From positions 3,296,001 to 3,360,000 of the forward strand of contig OZ245046.1 in assembly GCA_965224245.1 (NCBI GenBank): a DNA stretch of 64,000 bases, in the 5' to 3' direction. Below, piece by piece: positions 21,504 through 32,185 of this stretch. This stretch comes from Candidatus Eiseniibacteriota bacterium. Its GTDB lineage: Bacteria > Eisenbacteria > RBG-16-71-46 > CAZAMP01. Positions within the stretch are counted from its first letter, which is position 1. Each line of letters begins with the position of its first letter. The notes below the pieces were generated by a model. It saw only the letters and a list, made by a program, of their open reading frames with translations. It was not told the origin of the DNA and did no database searches. A program made the translations under genes and the position numbers.

Positions 21504-22964
21504 ATGGACACGTTCCCGCTCCTGACGACGATCATCCTCACTCCGGTAGCCGCGCTCGCGGTGGTCGTCGCGCTACCCGGGGCGCAAGAGCGCCTGATCA
21601 AGATCGTCTCGGCGGTTGCGGGCGCGATCACGGTGGCCCTGTCACTCGTGATGTGGCGCCGGTACGACACCGGCGGGGCACAGTACCAGTTCGTCGAGAA
21701 GATCGACTGGGTGCCGAGCTTCGGGATCGGCTACCACGTGGGCGCCGACGGCGTCGGCGTGCTGATGACCGTGCTCACCGCCCTCGTGTTCGCCACCGGC
21801 GTCCTGTCGATGTGGACGCTCACCGAGCGCGTCAAGGAGTACTTCGCCTTCATGCTGCTCCTGGTGGTCGGCGTGTTCGGCGTGTTCCTGAGCCTGGATC
21901 TCTTCTTCTTCTTTCTGTTCTACGAGGTCGCCGTGCTGCCGATGTACCCCCTCATCGGTGTCTGGGGGAGCACGCGCAAGGGCTACGCGGCGATGAAGCT
22001 CACGCTGTTCCTGATGCTGGGATCGGCACTGCTCTTCCCGGCGCTGATCGCGCTCTACTGGGCGAGTGGGCTCGGCACGTGGGACCTGACCGTCCTCGCA
22101 TCGCACGCCTACGATCCGAGCTTCCAGCGCTTCGTCTACCCGTTCCTGTATGTGGGCTTCGGAATCCTGGCCGGCATGTTCCCGTTCCACGGCTGGTCGC
22201 CCACCGGACACGTGGCGGCCCCCACCGCGGTCTCCATGCTGCACGCGGGCGTCCTGATGAAGCTCGGCGCGTTCGGCATCCTCCGCATCGCGATGCCGCT
22301 CCTCCCCGAGGGCGCGCACACCTGGGCGCCGCTGTTCGCCGGGCTCGCCACGGTCAACATCGTCTACGGAGCGTTCGTGGCGCTTCGCCAGGACGACTTC
22401 AAGTTCGTGATCGGATTCTCCAGCGTGTCGCACATGGGCATCGTGCTCCTGGGGCTGAATCTCCTCTCCCTCGACGGGATCAACGGCGCGGTGTTCCAGA
22501 TGTTCGCGCACGGGATCATGACGGCGCTCTTCTTCTCCGCCGTCGGCTACATCTACGACCAGGCGCACATCCGGGACATCCACGCGTTCGGCGGGCTCGC
22601 CCGACAGGTTCCGGTCGCGGGCAGCTTCTTCATCGTGGCCGGGCTGTGCGGGATCGGCGTGCCCGGGTTCGCCAGCTTCTGGGCCGAGCTCCTGGTCTTC
22701 GTGTCGGCGGTCCGGATCTACCCGGTCCTCGGTATCCTGGCCGTGGCCGGGCTGGTGATCTCGGCTCTGTTCATGCTGCGCGTCTTCTATCACGCGTTCT
22801 TCGGTCCGGCCAACGATCGGTGGAGCGGGCTGCCCGAGATCACCCCCTGGCTGAGCGTGCCGCGAGCCGTCCTCGTGGCCGTGCTGGTGTTCTTCGGGTT
22901 CTTCCCGTTCCTCATACTGGATCTGATCACGCCGGCCGCCAGGACCCTCATGGGGAGTTTTTGA
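21504..22964 (+). CDS. nuoM: NADH-quinone oxidoreductase-like subunit M
   Basis: FFLFYE, FPFHGWSP.GHVAAPT, LMKLG, FSSVSHMG. Confidence 0.95.
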   Translation: MDTFPLLTTIILTPVAALAVVVALPGAQERLIKIVSAVAGAITVALSLVMWRRYDTGGAQYQFVEKIDWVPSFGIGYHVGADGVGVLMTVLTALVFATGVLSMWTLTERVKEYFAFMLLLVVGVFGVFLSLDLFFFFLFYEVAVLPMYPLIGVWGSTRKGYAAMKLTLFLMLGSALLFPALIALYWASGLGTWDLTVLASHAYDPSFQRFVYPFLYVGFGILAGMFPFHGWSPTGHVAAPTAVSMLHAGVLMKLGAFGILRIAMPLLPEGAHTWAPLFAGLATVNIVYGAFVALRQDDFKFVIGFSSVSHMGIVLLGLNLLSLDGINGAVFQMFAHGIMTALFFSAVGYIYDQAHIRDIHAFGGLARQVPVAGSFFIVAGLCGIGVPGFASFWAELLVFVSAVRIYPVLGILAVAGLVISALFMLRVFYHAFFGPANDRWSGLPEITPWLSVPRAVLVAVLVFFGFFPFLILDLITPAARTLMGSF

Positions 22965-22967
22965 GCC

Positions 22968-24392
22968 ATGCCGCACGGCGCACAGTTGTTCCTCCCGGAG
23001 ACGCTCGGGCTGGTGGGCGGCTTGATCGTGTTTCTCGTCGGACTCGGCTCCCGCGACATCTCGCGCACCCGCGCCTCTGCGCTCATCACGTCCGCGGCCA
23101 TGTTCGTGGCCACGCTGGCCACGCTGACCCTGTCCGGAGACCCGTTCTCGCCGGGCATCTTCCGGGTCGACCTGTTCTCGCAGCTCGTGAAGCTGGGGCT
23201 GATCGGCGGTCTCGGGCTCGTCTTGATGCTCACCGACGCGCCGGTCGGCGTCAGGCGCGACGCGCGGGTGGACGTGCCGATGTTCCTCGTCCTCGCGACG
23301 ATCGGCATGATGATCCTGGCCAGCGCGACCGAGCTCCTGACGTTCTACGTCGCGCTCGAGTTCTCCGCGTACGCGCTCTACATCGCCGTGGCGCTGCACC
23401 GCGATCGCGAGACCGGCGGAGAGGCGGCCGCCAAGTACGTGATCTTCGGCGGAGTGGCGTCGGCGATCACCATCTACGGCGCGAGCCTGGTGGTCGGCGC
23501 CGTCGGATCCACGTACCTGTCCCAGATCGCGGCCGCGTTCGCGGCGGGCGCCCCACCGATCCTGGTCGTGGGGGGTGTCCTGGTGCTCGCCGGCATCCTC
23601 TTCAAGCTGGCCGTGGTGCCCTTCCACTTCTGGGCTCCCGACGTCTACGAAGGCGCGCCGCACGAGATCGTCACGTTCGTCGCGTCCGCGTCCAAGCTGG
23701 CGGCGGTGGGTGTTCTGGCCCGTTTCGTGGCGATGCTCGAGCCGTCGGGCCAGCGCCTGGTGGACCTGTTCGCCGTGCTGGCGATCGTGTCGATGACGGT
23801 GGGGAACCTGGCCGCGATCGCGCAGCGGGACGTGAAGCGACTCCTGGCCTACTCGGCCGTCGCCCACGCCGGCTACCTCCTGCTCGGATTCGGCGCGCTG
23901 AGCGAGATCGGTCTGGCGTCGGCGCTCTTCTACGGGATCGTCTACGTGGCGATCTCGATCCTGGCCTTCGTGATCGTGATCACCGTCGGACGAGACGGCG
24001 TCAACCCCACCATCGAGGGCCTGCGGGGACTGCATTCGCGAAACCCGTTCCTGGCGTTCGTGCTGCTGGTCGCGATGTTCGGTCTGGCCGGCATTCCTCC
24101 CACTGCGGGGTTCGCCGGCAAGTGGTTCCTGTTCTCCGCCGCGCTCGAGCGCGATCAGTTCTTCCTGGTGCTCGTGGCCGCGGTGAACAGCACGATCGCC
24201 CTCTACTACTACCTCCAGCTCGTCCGCTCGGCCTACCTGACCGACAGCGGCGGCCTGGGCGTGGTGACGTTTCCGTGGCGCCACCGCGTGCCCGCGCTGG
24301 TGGCGATGGCGGTCACGCTGATCGCCGGCATCTATCCGGCTCCTCTCTGGTCGCTCGCCGAGCGTGCGTCCGCGCTGCTCGGCGGCGGCTGA
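22968..24392 (+). CDS. nuoN: NADH-quinone oxidoreductase-like subunit N
   Basis: EAAAKY, FKLAVVPFHFWAPDVYEGAP, KRLLAYSAVAHAGY, GIPPTAGF.GK. Confidence 0.95.
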   Translation: MPHGAQLFLPETLGLVGGLIVFLVGLGSRDISRTRASALITSAAMFVATLATLTLSGDPFSPGIFRVDLFSQLVKLGLIGGLGLVLMLTDAPVGVRRDARVDVPMFLVLATIGMMILASATELLTFYVALEFSAYALYIAVALHRDRETGGEAAAKYVIFGGVASAITIYGASLVVGAVGSTYLSQIAAAFAAGAPPILVVGGVLVLAGILFKLAVVPFHFWAPDVYEGAPHEIVTFVASASKLAAVGVLARFVAMLEPSGQRLVDLFAVLAIVSMTVGNLAAIAQRDVKRLLAYSAVAHAGYLLLGFGALSEIGLASALFYGIVYVAISILAFVIVITVGRDGVNPTIEGLRGLHSRNPFLAFVLLVAMFGLAGIPPTAGFAGKWFLFSAALERDQFFLVLVAAVNSTIALYYYLQLVRSAYLTDSGGLGVVTFPWRHRVPALVAMAVTLIAGIYPAPLWSLAERASALLGGG

Positions 24393-24578
24393 TCGCGACG
24401 CCCTCACCCGCCCACGCTCTCGTCCGCGCCGCCGGCGACGCCAGGCTCGAACCGTGCCCGAGGCTCGCTAATGATCGTTCGGGCGCCTGCCGATCCTGCG
24501 AGTGATCGCGGGGGCCACCGTCTCGATCATCCAGTCGCCAGGCACGTCGCACGCGCGACACCCGGCAAGGAGTCTCCC

Positions 24579-25526
24579 GTGCCCAGCCCGCCATCGTCCC
24601 TCTGGACCGTCATCCTGGCCGCCGGCGAAGGCTCGCGGCTCTCCTCGCTCACGCGGGCCCTCCACGGCGAGGCACGACCGAAGCAGTTCGCGATGCTGGA
24701 TGGCGCCCGATCGCTTCTGCAGATCACCCTGGATCGCGTGGCCGAGCTGGCCCCTCCCGAGCGCACGATCGTGGTCGTCGGACGTCATCACGCCCGATTC
24801 GCCGACGAGCAGCTCGGCGGGCGCGGAGTCCGGGTGCTCCGACAGCCCCGGAACCTCGACACCGGCCCCGGCCTCATGCTGCCGCTCTCGGCAATCCGCC
24901 GCGTCGACCCCGACGCACCGGTCGCGTTCTTCCCGTCCGACCATCACGTTCCCGAGCCGGCCCCCTTCCTCGCAGCGGTTCGCGAGGCGCTGGCGGCGAC
25001 CGCGACGCATCCGGAGCTCGTGACCCTTCTCGGGGCCGCGCCCGAGCGTCCCGAGACAGAGTACGGGTGGATCACGCCGGGCCCACCGATCCGGGACGCC
25101 GGGCCGCTCCGCGCCGTCGCGGCGTTCGTGGAGAAGCCGGCCCTCGACGTTGCCCGGCACCTGTTGCGGCAGGGCGCGCTCTGGAACACGTTCGCGTCGG
25201 TCGGCCGGGTGTCCGCGTTCTGGCGGGCGTGCGAGGAGACGCTGCCGTGCCACGCGGCGCGCTTCGACGCGGTGCTGGCCGCGGAGCACGATCTCGACGA
25301 TCCGCGGGTGCTCGATCGCCTGTACGACGCGATGTCCCCGGCCAGCTTCAGTCACGACGTGCTCGAGCGCGCGTCCTCGCTGGCCGTGGCCGAGGTCGCG
25401 GGATCGGGCTGGAGCGACCTCGGGAGCCCGGTGCGGGTCCGGGAGTCGCTGAGCGACGCCGACCTGTCGGCACTACGCCCCGAGATGGCCGCGCTGTTCG
25501 AGACCGCCGCAAACGCGGCGGCCTGA
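24579..25526 (+). CDS. Mannose-1-phosphate guanylyltransferase-like sugar-phosphate nucleotidyltransferase (no cupin domain)
   Basis: AAGGAG RBS with GTG; VILAAGEGSRL, PKQF, FFPSDH, EYGWI, FVEKP, GWSDLG. Confidence 0.88.
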   Translation: MPSPPSSLWTVILAAGEGSRLSSLTRALHGEARPKQFAMLDGARSLLQITLDRVAELAPPERTIVVVGRHHARFADEQLGGRGVRVLRQPRNLDTGPGLMLPLSAIRRVDPDAPVAFFPSDHHVPEPAPFLAAVREALAATATHPELVTLLGAAPERPETEYGWITPGPPIRDAGPLRAVAAFVEKPALDVARHLLRQGALWNTFASVGRVSAFWRACEETLPCHAARFDAVLAAEHDLDDPRVLDRLYDAMSPASFSHDVLERASSLAVAEVAGSGWSDLGSPVRVRESLSDADLSALRPEMAALFETAANAAA

Positions 25527-25568
25527 GCGTGTCGGCAGGGGTGGCTCCCCGGGAAACGGCCAGTCGCG

Positions 25569-25751
25569 TGCCATTTGGGCAAAGCGTCGCACAACGAGAC
25601 ATCGCCTCTAACTTGCCTAATTGAAACCAATTGCAATCGAAGTCGATCGATCGAGTTGCTGTACCGGCTGCAGCCGGGCGCCAGCAGGGTCGATCGCGTC
25701 AATCTGACAGTCGCCTTGCGACCCGGCCGGCGCTGCAGTGCCATTTTGACA
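25569..25751. promoter_or_regulatory. Three TGYCA-N3-TGRCA-like palindromes; putative enhancer (UAS) sites
   Basis: TGCCATTTGGGCA (25569-25581), CGTCAATCTGACA (25697-25709), TGCCATTTTGACA (25739-25751), all upstream of a -24/-12 element. Confidence 0.55.
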
Positions 25752-25843
25752 ACGGGACCCGCCCCGCTCGTCGAGCGAGGGCCTCGAGTCTCGTAAATCA
25801 TTCCACGGCAACAGGTCGAGGTCGCGCCAGCGTGGGTCGAGGT

Positions 25844-25859
25844 TGGCACCCGTCGTGCA
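25844..25859 (+). promoter_or_regulatory. sigma54 (-24/-12) promoter of groES-groEL
   Basis: TGGCACCCGTCGTGCA fits TGGCAC-N5-TTGCW with correct GG-N10-GC spacing, about 110 nt before the groES ATG. Confidence 0.7.
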
Positions 25860-25968
25860 TGACGGGGAAGTGCCGCGGGGCTCGTGTGGGCTCCGCGCGT
25901 CCGTCGGCTGGACTCACCCCTACCTCGGTGTGCCTCGGCGCCCGAGCAATCCTGGAGACGTTGCCACG

Positions 25969-27973
<2,005 letters not shown>

Positions 27974-27993
27974 ACGTCCTCGCTCCGTTCATC

Positions 27994-28014
27994 GGGCCGC
28001 GTCGAACGCGGCTC
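27994..28014 (+). terminator. Hairpin after groEL
   Basis: GGGCCGCGT-cga-ACGCGGCTC, 20 nt after the stop; no U-tract. Confidence 0.4.
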
Positions 28015-28366
28015 TCCAGATCATCGGTCAGTCGCGGCGGAGTCGGCCCACAGGTGCCGGCTCCGCCGTCAGCTTCTCGCTCCGGGACGGGCTCGGTGCT
28101 CTCACCGGATCGGCTCCTCGCTTCCCGGAGCCTCCCGGACCGCGATCTCGCGATGCTCGGGCCGGTCCAGGGAACCCCGGGCAGGCGGCCACGGTTGGAC
28201 GGGGAACGGTGCCCGCGGCTCCCAGGGGTCGTCGCTGCCGAGCGCCCGACCGCCCGACCGCCCCCGGGCGGAGGCGCTCCCCGGCCACCCGGGAGCCGGC
28301 CCCGAGCCCTGTGGTATCGTTCTCCCGAACCGCTCCCGAGATCATCGTCGTCGAAAGGACCTGCAC

Positions 28367-29530
28367 GTGCCGCCGTCCCGAACCCCGATCACCGGCGCCC
28401 TGGCGCTCTCGATACTCGTCACCGTCTCCGCCAGCGCCGACCCCGCACCTCTCACCTCGATCCTCGAGGGCGTCGCCGCCCGCTACGAGTCCCTCGAGAG
28501 CTACGACGTGCGCGGGTCGTTCGACGCCCGGTTCGAGAGCGGCGGACGCTCGCAGACGCTGACGTCCGAGATGCACCTGGCCGGGCGCCCGCCGGAGCTG
28601 ATCCGAGAGGAGCTCGTGGGCGCACGCGGTCATCTGATGGTCCAGAACGCGGAGACCCGCTGGATCTTTCTCCCATCGGCCAACAAGTACGAGAAACAGG
28701 ACATCAAGGCCGGTGACGCCCCGGCCACCACCGTGAACCTCACGAAGTTCGCCGAGCTGGACACCTTCGCCGATCGCGCCACCGATCTCGGCGAGGAGCC
28801 GCTCACCCTCGACCCCGACGGAGAGGCGATCGACGTGGTCGCACGCAAGATCGCGCTCCCCGCCGAGGCGTCCGGCCAGGTGCGGCCCGGCGCGTCAGTG
28901 GACAGCTACACGGTGTGGGTCGCGCCCGATTCTCACACGATCGTCCGCGAGGAGTTCGTCATCTCGCGGACGCAGCCCGCCCCCACGACGATCCACGTGA
29001 CCGTCTCGTACGACGACGTCAACGTGGACACCCCGGTGGACGACGCCCTGTTCGCGTTCGAGCCGCCCGCCGGGGCCACGCCGCTGCAGGCCGGCCCCGC
29101 CCCGGGACCGATGGAGGGCAAGGCCGCGCCCGATCTGACGCTGACCACGCTCACCGGCGAGACGATCACGATGTCGGAGCTGCGCGGCAAGGTCGTGCTG
29201 GTCGATTTCTGGGCCACCTGGTGCGGCCCCTGCAAGCGCGAGATGCCGCACATCCAGAAGCTCTTCGAGGACCTGTCGGACGATGGTCTCGTCGTGCTGG
29301 CCATCTCCAACGAGAAGGAAGCCACCATCCGCCGCTACATCGACTCGAAGAACTACACCTTCCCGACTCTCGTCGACGAGGGCGCCGAGGTCACGCGCCG
29401 CTACGGGGTGACGGCGTACCCCACGCTGTTCGTGGTCGACCGCGAGGGCACGATCAGCTCGCACCTCGTGGGGCTGCGTCCCGAGTCCGCGTTGCGGGAA
29501 GCACTCCGGAAGGCCGGTCTCGACGGCTGA
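28367..29530 (+). CDS. Secreted LolA-like/DUF2092-type domain fused to a TlpA-family thiol-disulfide reductase
   Basis: Signal peptide; beta-rich region ending in DDALFAFEPPAGA (typical LolA-fold end); C-terminal APDLTL...LRGKVVLVDFWATWCGPC...YPTLFVVDREG. Confidence 0.85.
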   Translation: MPPSRTPITGALALSILVTVSASADPAPLTSILEGVAARYESLESYDVRGSFDARFESGGRSQTLTSEMHLAGRPPELIREELVGARGHLMVQNAETRWIFLPSANKYEKQDIKAGDAPATTVNLTKFAELDTFADRATDLGEEPLTLDPDGEAIDVVARKIALPAEASGQVRPGASVDSYTVWVAPDSHTIVREEFVISRTQPAPTTIHVTVSYDDVNVDTPVDDALFAFEPPAGATPLQAGPAPGPMEGKAAPDLTLTTLTGETITMSELRGKVVLVDFWATWCGPCKREMPHIQKLFEDLSDDGLVVLAISNEKEATIRRYIDSKNYTFPTLVDEGAEVTRRYGVTAYPTLFVVDREGTISSHLVGLRPESALREALRKAGLDG

Positions 29531-29590
29531 CGGCGCCGCACGCCCCAAGCGCTCGGCTCCCGCGCCCGCGGCTCGCGGCGCGCGAGTCGT

Positions 29591-32155
29591 TCAGAAGCGC
29601 TCGCTCAGGCGCGCCAGCGCACCCACCAGATCCGGCTTCACGGTCATCAGCGCCGCGAACGGATCCTGCTTCTGCCGGGAGAGACGCGGGACGATCGTCT
29701 TCATCGTGTATGCCTGAGCGGTCAGGGATCCGGTGACCTCCCGCCAGCGAACGGGTGCCGACACCGGCGCCCCCGGGAGCGGCCGGACGCTGTAGGGCGC
29801 CACCAGCAGCTGTCCGTGCCGGTTCTGGAGGTAGTCCAAGTAGACCTTCCCCTGGCGCGCGTCCAGCGCGCGGGCCGTGGTCGCGATGTCGGGGTGATCC
29901 GCCTCGACGGCCCGGGCCAGGAGCTCTCCCAGCATGCGGGACTGGTCGTACGTGCACTGCCCGCCCAGCGGCAGCAACACGTGAAGGCCGGTGGAGCCGC
30001 TGGTCTTGACGAAGCTCTCCAGCCCGATCGAGCGACACAGGGCCCGGATCGCCTTCGCGAGCGTGACGACGTGGGTGAACGGCGCGCCCTTCGGGTCCAG
30101 GTCGAGGATGCACCAGTCGGGATTCTGGAGCGAGCTCACCCGGCTCGACCAGATGTGGAGCGGGATCGCCCCGGAGTTGACCACGTACACGAGCGTCTCG
30201 AGATCGTTGCAGACGTAGTAGCCGATCTCCTTCTCGGAGCTTCCGCTCCAGATGGTCACGGTCTCGACCCAGTCGGGGACGAAGTCCGGCACGTTCTTCT
30301 GGTAGAAGCTCTTCCCGTCGATTCCGTCCGGATAACGCGTCAGCACCAGCGGGCGGTTCGAGAGGAACGTGCGGAGCCACGGCCACACGGCGCGGTAGTA
30401 GTCGATCAGATCGCCCTTCGTGTACCCGTCCTCGGGCCAGAAGACCTTCGGAAGGCGAGTCAGCTTCACGTGCCGGTCCACGGGCTCGTCCTCGACGGCG
30501 GCGGGCTCGATCTCGACCCGATCCTCCACCGGATGGAGACACTCGCGCGGGGGCTTGTCGTCGCGAAGCCGCAGAAAGACCGGGTGCCGGAGAAACCCGC
30601 TCTCGGTCCACGTCTTGTACCGGACGTTGACCACCATCCGCGGCTGCACCCAGCGATGCTCGGCGGACGTGGGCAGCGTCCCGCGGCACGGGGGATCCTC
30701 GCGCTCCATCGACTCGAGCGCGGCGCGGAACGCGTCGAGCTGATCCTCGGAGAACCCCGACCCCACGCGACCCACGTACTCCAGGACGTCCCCGCGATAG
30801 GCGCCGAGGTGAAGCGCCCCGAACCCCGCGCGCGAGCCCTTGGGTCGCGTGTACCCGCAGACGACGAAGTCTCCCTCGCGGTCGGCGGGCAGCTTCAGCC
30901 AGCGCTCGGAACGGCCGCCCCGGTACGGTGCGTCCCGGTGCTTGGCCATGATTCCCTCCAGGCCCATCTCCCGGACCTTCTCGTACATGGCCTCGCCGTG
31001 CGCCTCGATGTGATCGGTGAAGCGGACCGGGCCCGTTCGCGGCGCCAGCCGGGACAGGAGCGCCTTTCGCGCCGCCAGGGGGAGCGGGCGCAGATCGAAC
31101 CCGTCGAACGCCAGGAGATCGAACGCGTACAGCGTCGCCGGCGACGCGACCGCCGCCCGCTCGACGTCCAGGCGCCGCCGCGTCTGGGCCCGCTTCTGGA
31201 GCGCCTGGAAGTCGGGCCGTCCCGCGTCGTCGAGGACGACCAGCTCCCCGTCGAGGATCAGGCCGTCGTACGGCGTCGACTTCACCGCGCGGGCGATCTC
31301 GGGGAACGTGGAGGTGATGTCGTGCCCGTTCCGGGACAGGAGCAGCGGCTCGCCGTCGGCGCCCCGCGAGGCCAGGAGGCGGTAGCCGTCGTACTTCAGC
31401 TCGAAGAGCCAGTCGGAGGACGTGAAGGGCTTGTCCCCCGTCTTGGCCAGCATGAACGAGACCTTCCTCGGCGACACCGCACGCCGCGGCGCGCCGAGCT
31501 CGTTCAGCTCCCGGCGCACCTCGTCGGTACGGGCATCGAGCGTGGCCAGCTCTTCCACGGTCAGCCCCGAGAGGATCGACTCCTCCCCGAAGGGCTCGGC
31601 GCTCTCGCTGGCCCAGTCGTCCGGCCGCTTCTTCAGGAGCCAGTCTCGGCTCCTGGGGTCGTTCTTGTCCGGGCGCACGAGCACCCACCCGCCGCGGAGC
31701 TTGTATCCACGCAGCTCGAAGTGCAGGACACCGGTCGACTCGATCGCCTCCTCGGGATCGTCCAGGGGCATCCACTGGCCGCGATCCCAGACGATCATCG
31801 CGCCCGCGCCGTAGTTCCCGTCGGGGATGACGCCCTCGAAGTCGGCGTACTCGACCGGATGGTCCTCGGTCTGGACCGCCAGGCGATTCTCCTTGGTGTT
31901 CCACGAGAACCCCTTGGGAACAGCCCAGCACAGGAGCGTGCCGCCCCATTCGAGTCGCAGGTCGTAGTGGAGCCGGGTCGCATCGTGCTTCTGCACCACG
32001 AAGATCCGGGGACGCTCGGCCCGCCCTCGGCCAAACGGCTCGGGAGAACGATCCTCGGATCGCTTCTCGTGGTAGCGATCGAGCCGGCCTGACGCGCGGG
32101 CGCCGGACGGTCCGGACGCGGTCGATCTCGACGTGTCGGGTTTGCGCTTGCTCAT
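29591..32155 (-). CDS. ligD: NHEJ DNA ligase D (phosphoesterase-ligase-polymerase)
   Basis: PE: FVVQKHDATRLHYDLRLE, WAVPKG, YGAG. Ligase: ELKYDGYR, EGIMAK. Pol: YTKGDLIDYY, LDLDP, KTSGSTGLH. Start taken at MSKRK 32155. Confidence 0.97.
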   Translation of the reverse strand: MSKRKPDTSRSTASGPSGARASGRLDRYHEKRSEDRSPEPFGRGRAERPRIFVVQKHDATRLHYDLRLEWGGTLLCWAVPKGFSWNTKENRLAVQTEDHPVEYADFEGVIPDGNYGAGAMIVWDRGQWMPLDDPEEAIESTGVLHFELRGYKLRGGWVLVRPDKNDPRSRDWLLKKRPDDWASESAEPFGEESILSGLTVEELATLDARTDEVRRELNELGAPRRAVSPRKVSFMLAKTGDKPFTSSDWLFELKYDGYRLLASRGADGEPLLLSRNGHDITSTFPEIARAVKSTPYDGLILDGELVVLDDAGRPDFQALQKRAQTRRRLDVERAAVASPATLYAFDLLAFDGFDLRPLPLAARKALLSRLAPRTGPVRFTDHIEAHGEAMYEKVREMGLEGIMAKHRDAPYRGGRSERWLKLPADREGDFVVCGYTRPKGSRAGFGALHLGAYRGDVLEYVGRVGSGFSEDQLDAFRAALESMEREDPPCRGTLPTSAEHRWVQPRMVVNVRYKTWTESGFLRHPVFLRLRDDKPPRECLHPVEDRVEIEPAAVEDEPVDRHVKLTRLPKVFWPEDGYTKGDLIDYYRAVWPWLRTFLSNRPLVLTRYPDGIDGKSFYQKNVPDFVPDWVETVTIWSGSSEKEIGYYVCNDLETLVYVVNSGAIPLHIWSSRVSSLQNPDWCILDLDPKGAPFTHVVTLAKAIRALCRSIGLESFVKTSGSTGLHVLLPLGGQCTYDQSRMLGELLARAVEADHPDIATTARALDARQGKVYLDYLQNRHGQLLVAPYSVRPLPGAPVSAPVRWREVTGSLTAQAYTMKTIVPRLSRQKQDPFAALMTVKPDLVGALARLSERF

Positions 32156-32169
32156 CTCGAAAGGGATCT

Positions 32170-32178
32170 TGCTATACT
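32170..32178 (+). promoter_or_regulatory. Extended -10 (TGcTATACT), leaderless promoter of ku
   Basis: TATACT ends 7 nt before the ATG at 32186; no SD. Confidence 0.7.
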
Positions 32179-32185
32179 CGGCCGC

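Noticed and set aside
25945-25968. Weak stem (GCAAT/GTTGC) around the groES SD as an RNA thermometer
   Set aside because: The stem is only 5 bp and leaves the SD in the loop; insufficient evidence.
27974-28366. 390-bp GC-rich intergenic region after groEL as ncRNA or riboswitch
   Set aside because: No recognisable riboswitch, tRNA or SRP motif; only a hairpin, short CCCGACCG duplications and a TGGTATCGT -10-like box. An Rfam scan would settle it.
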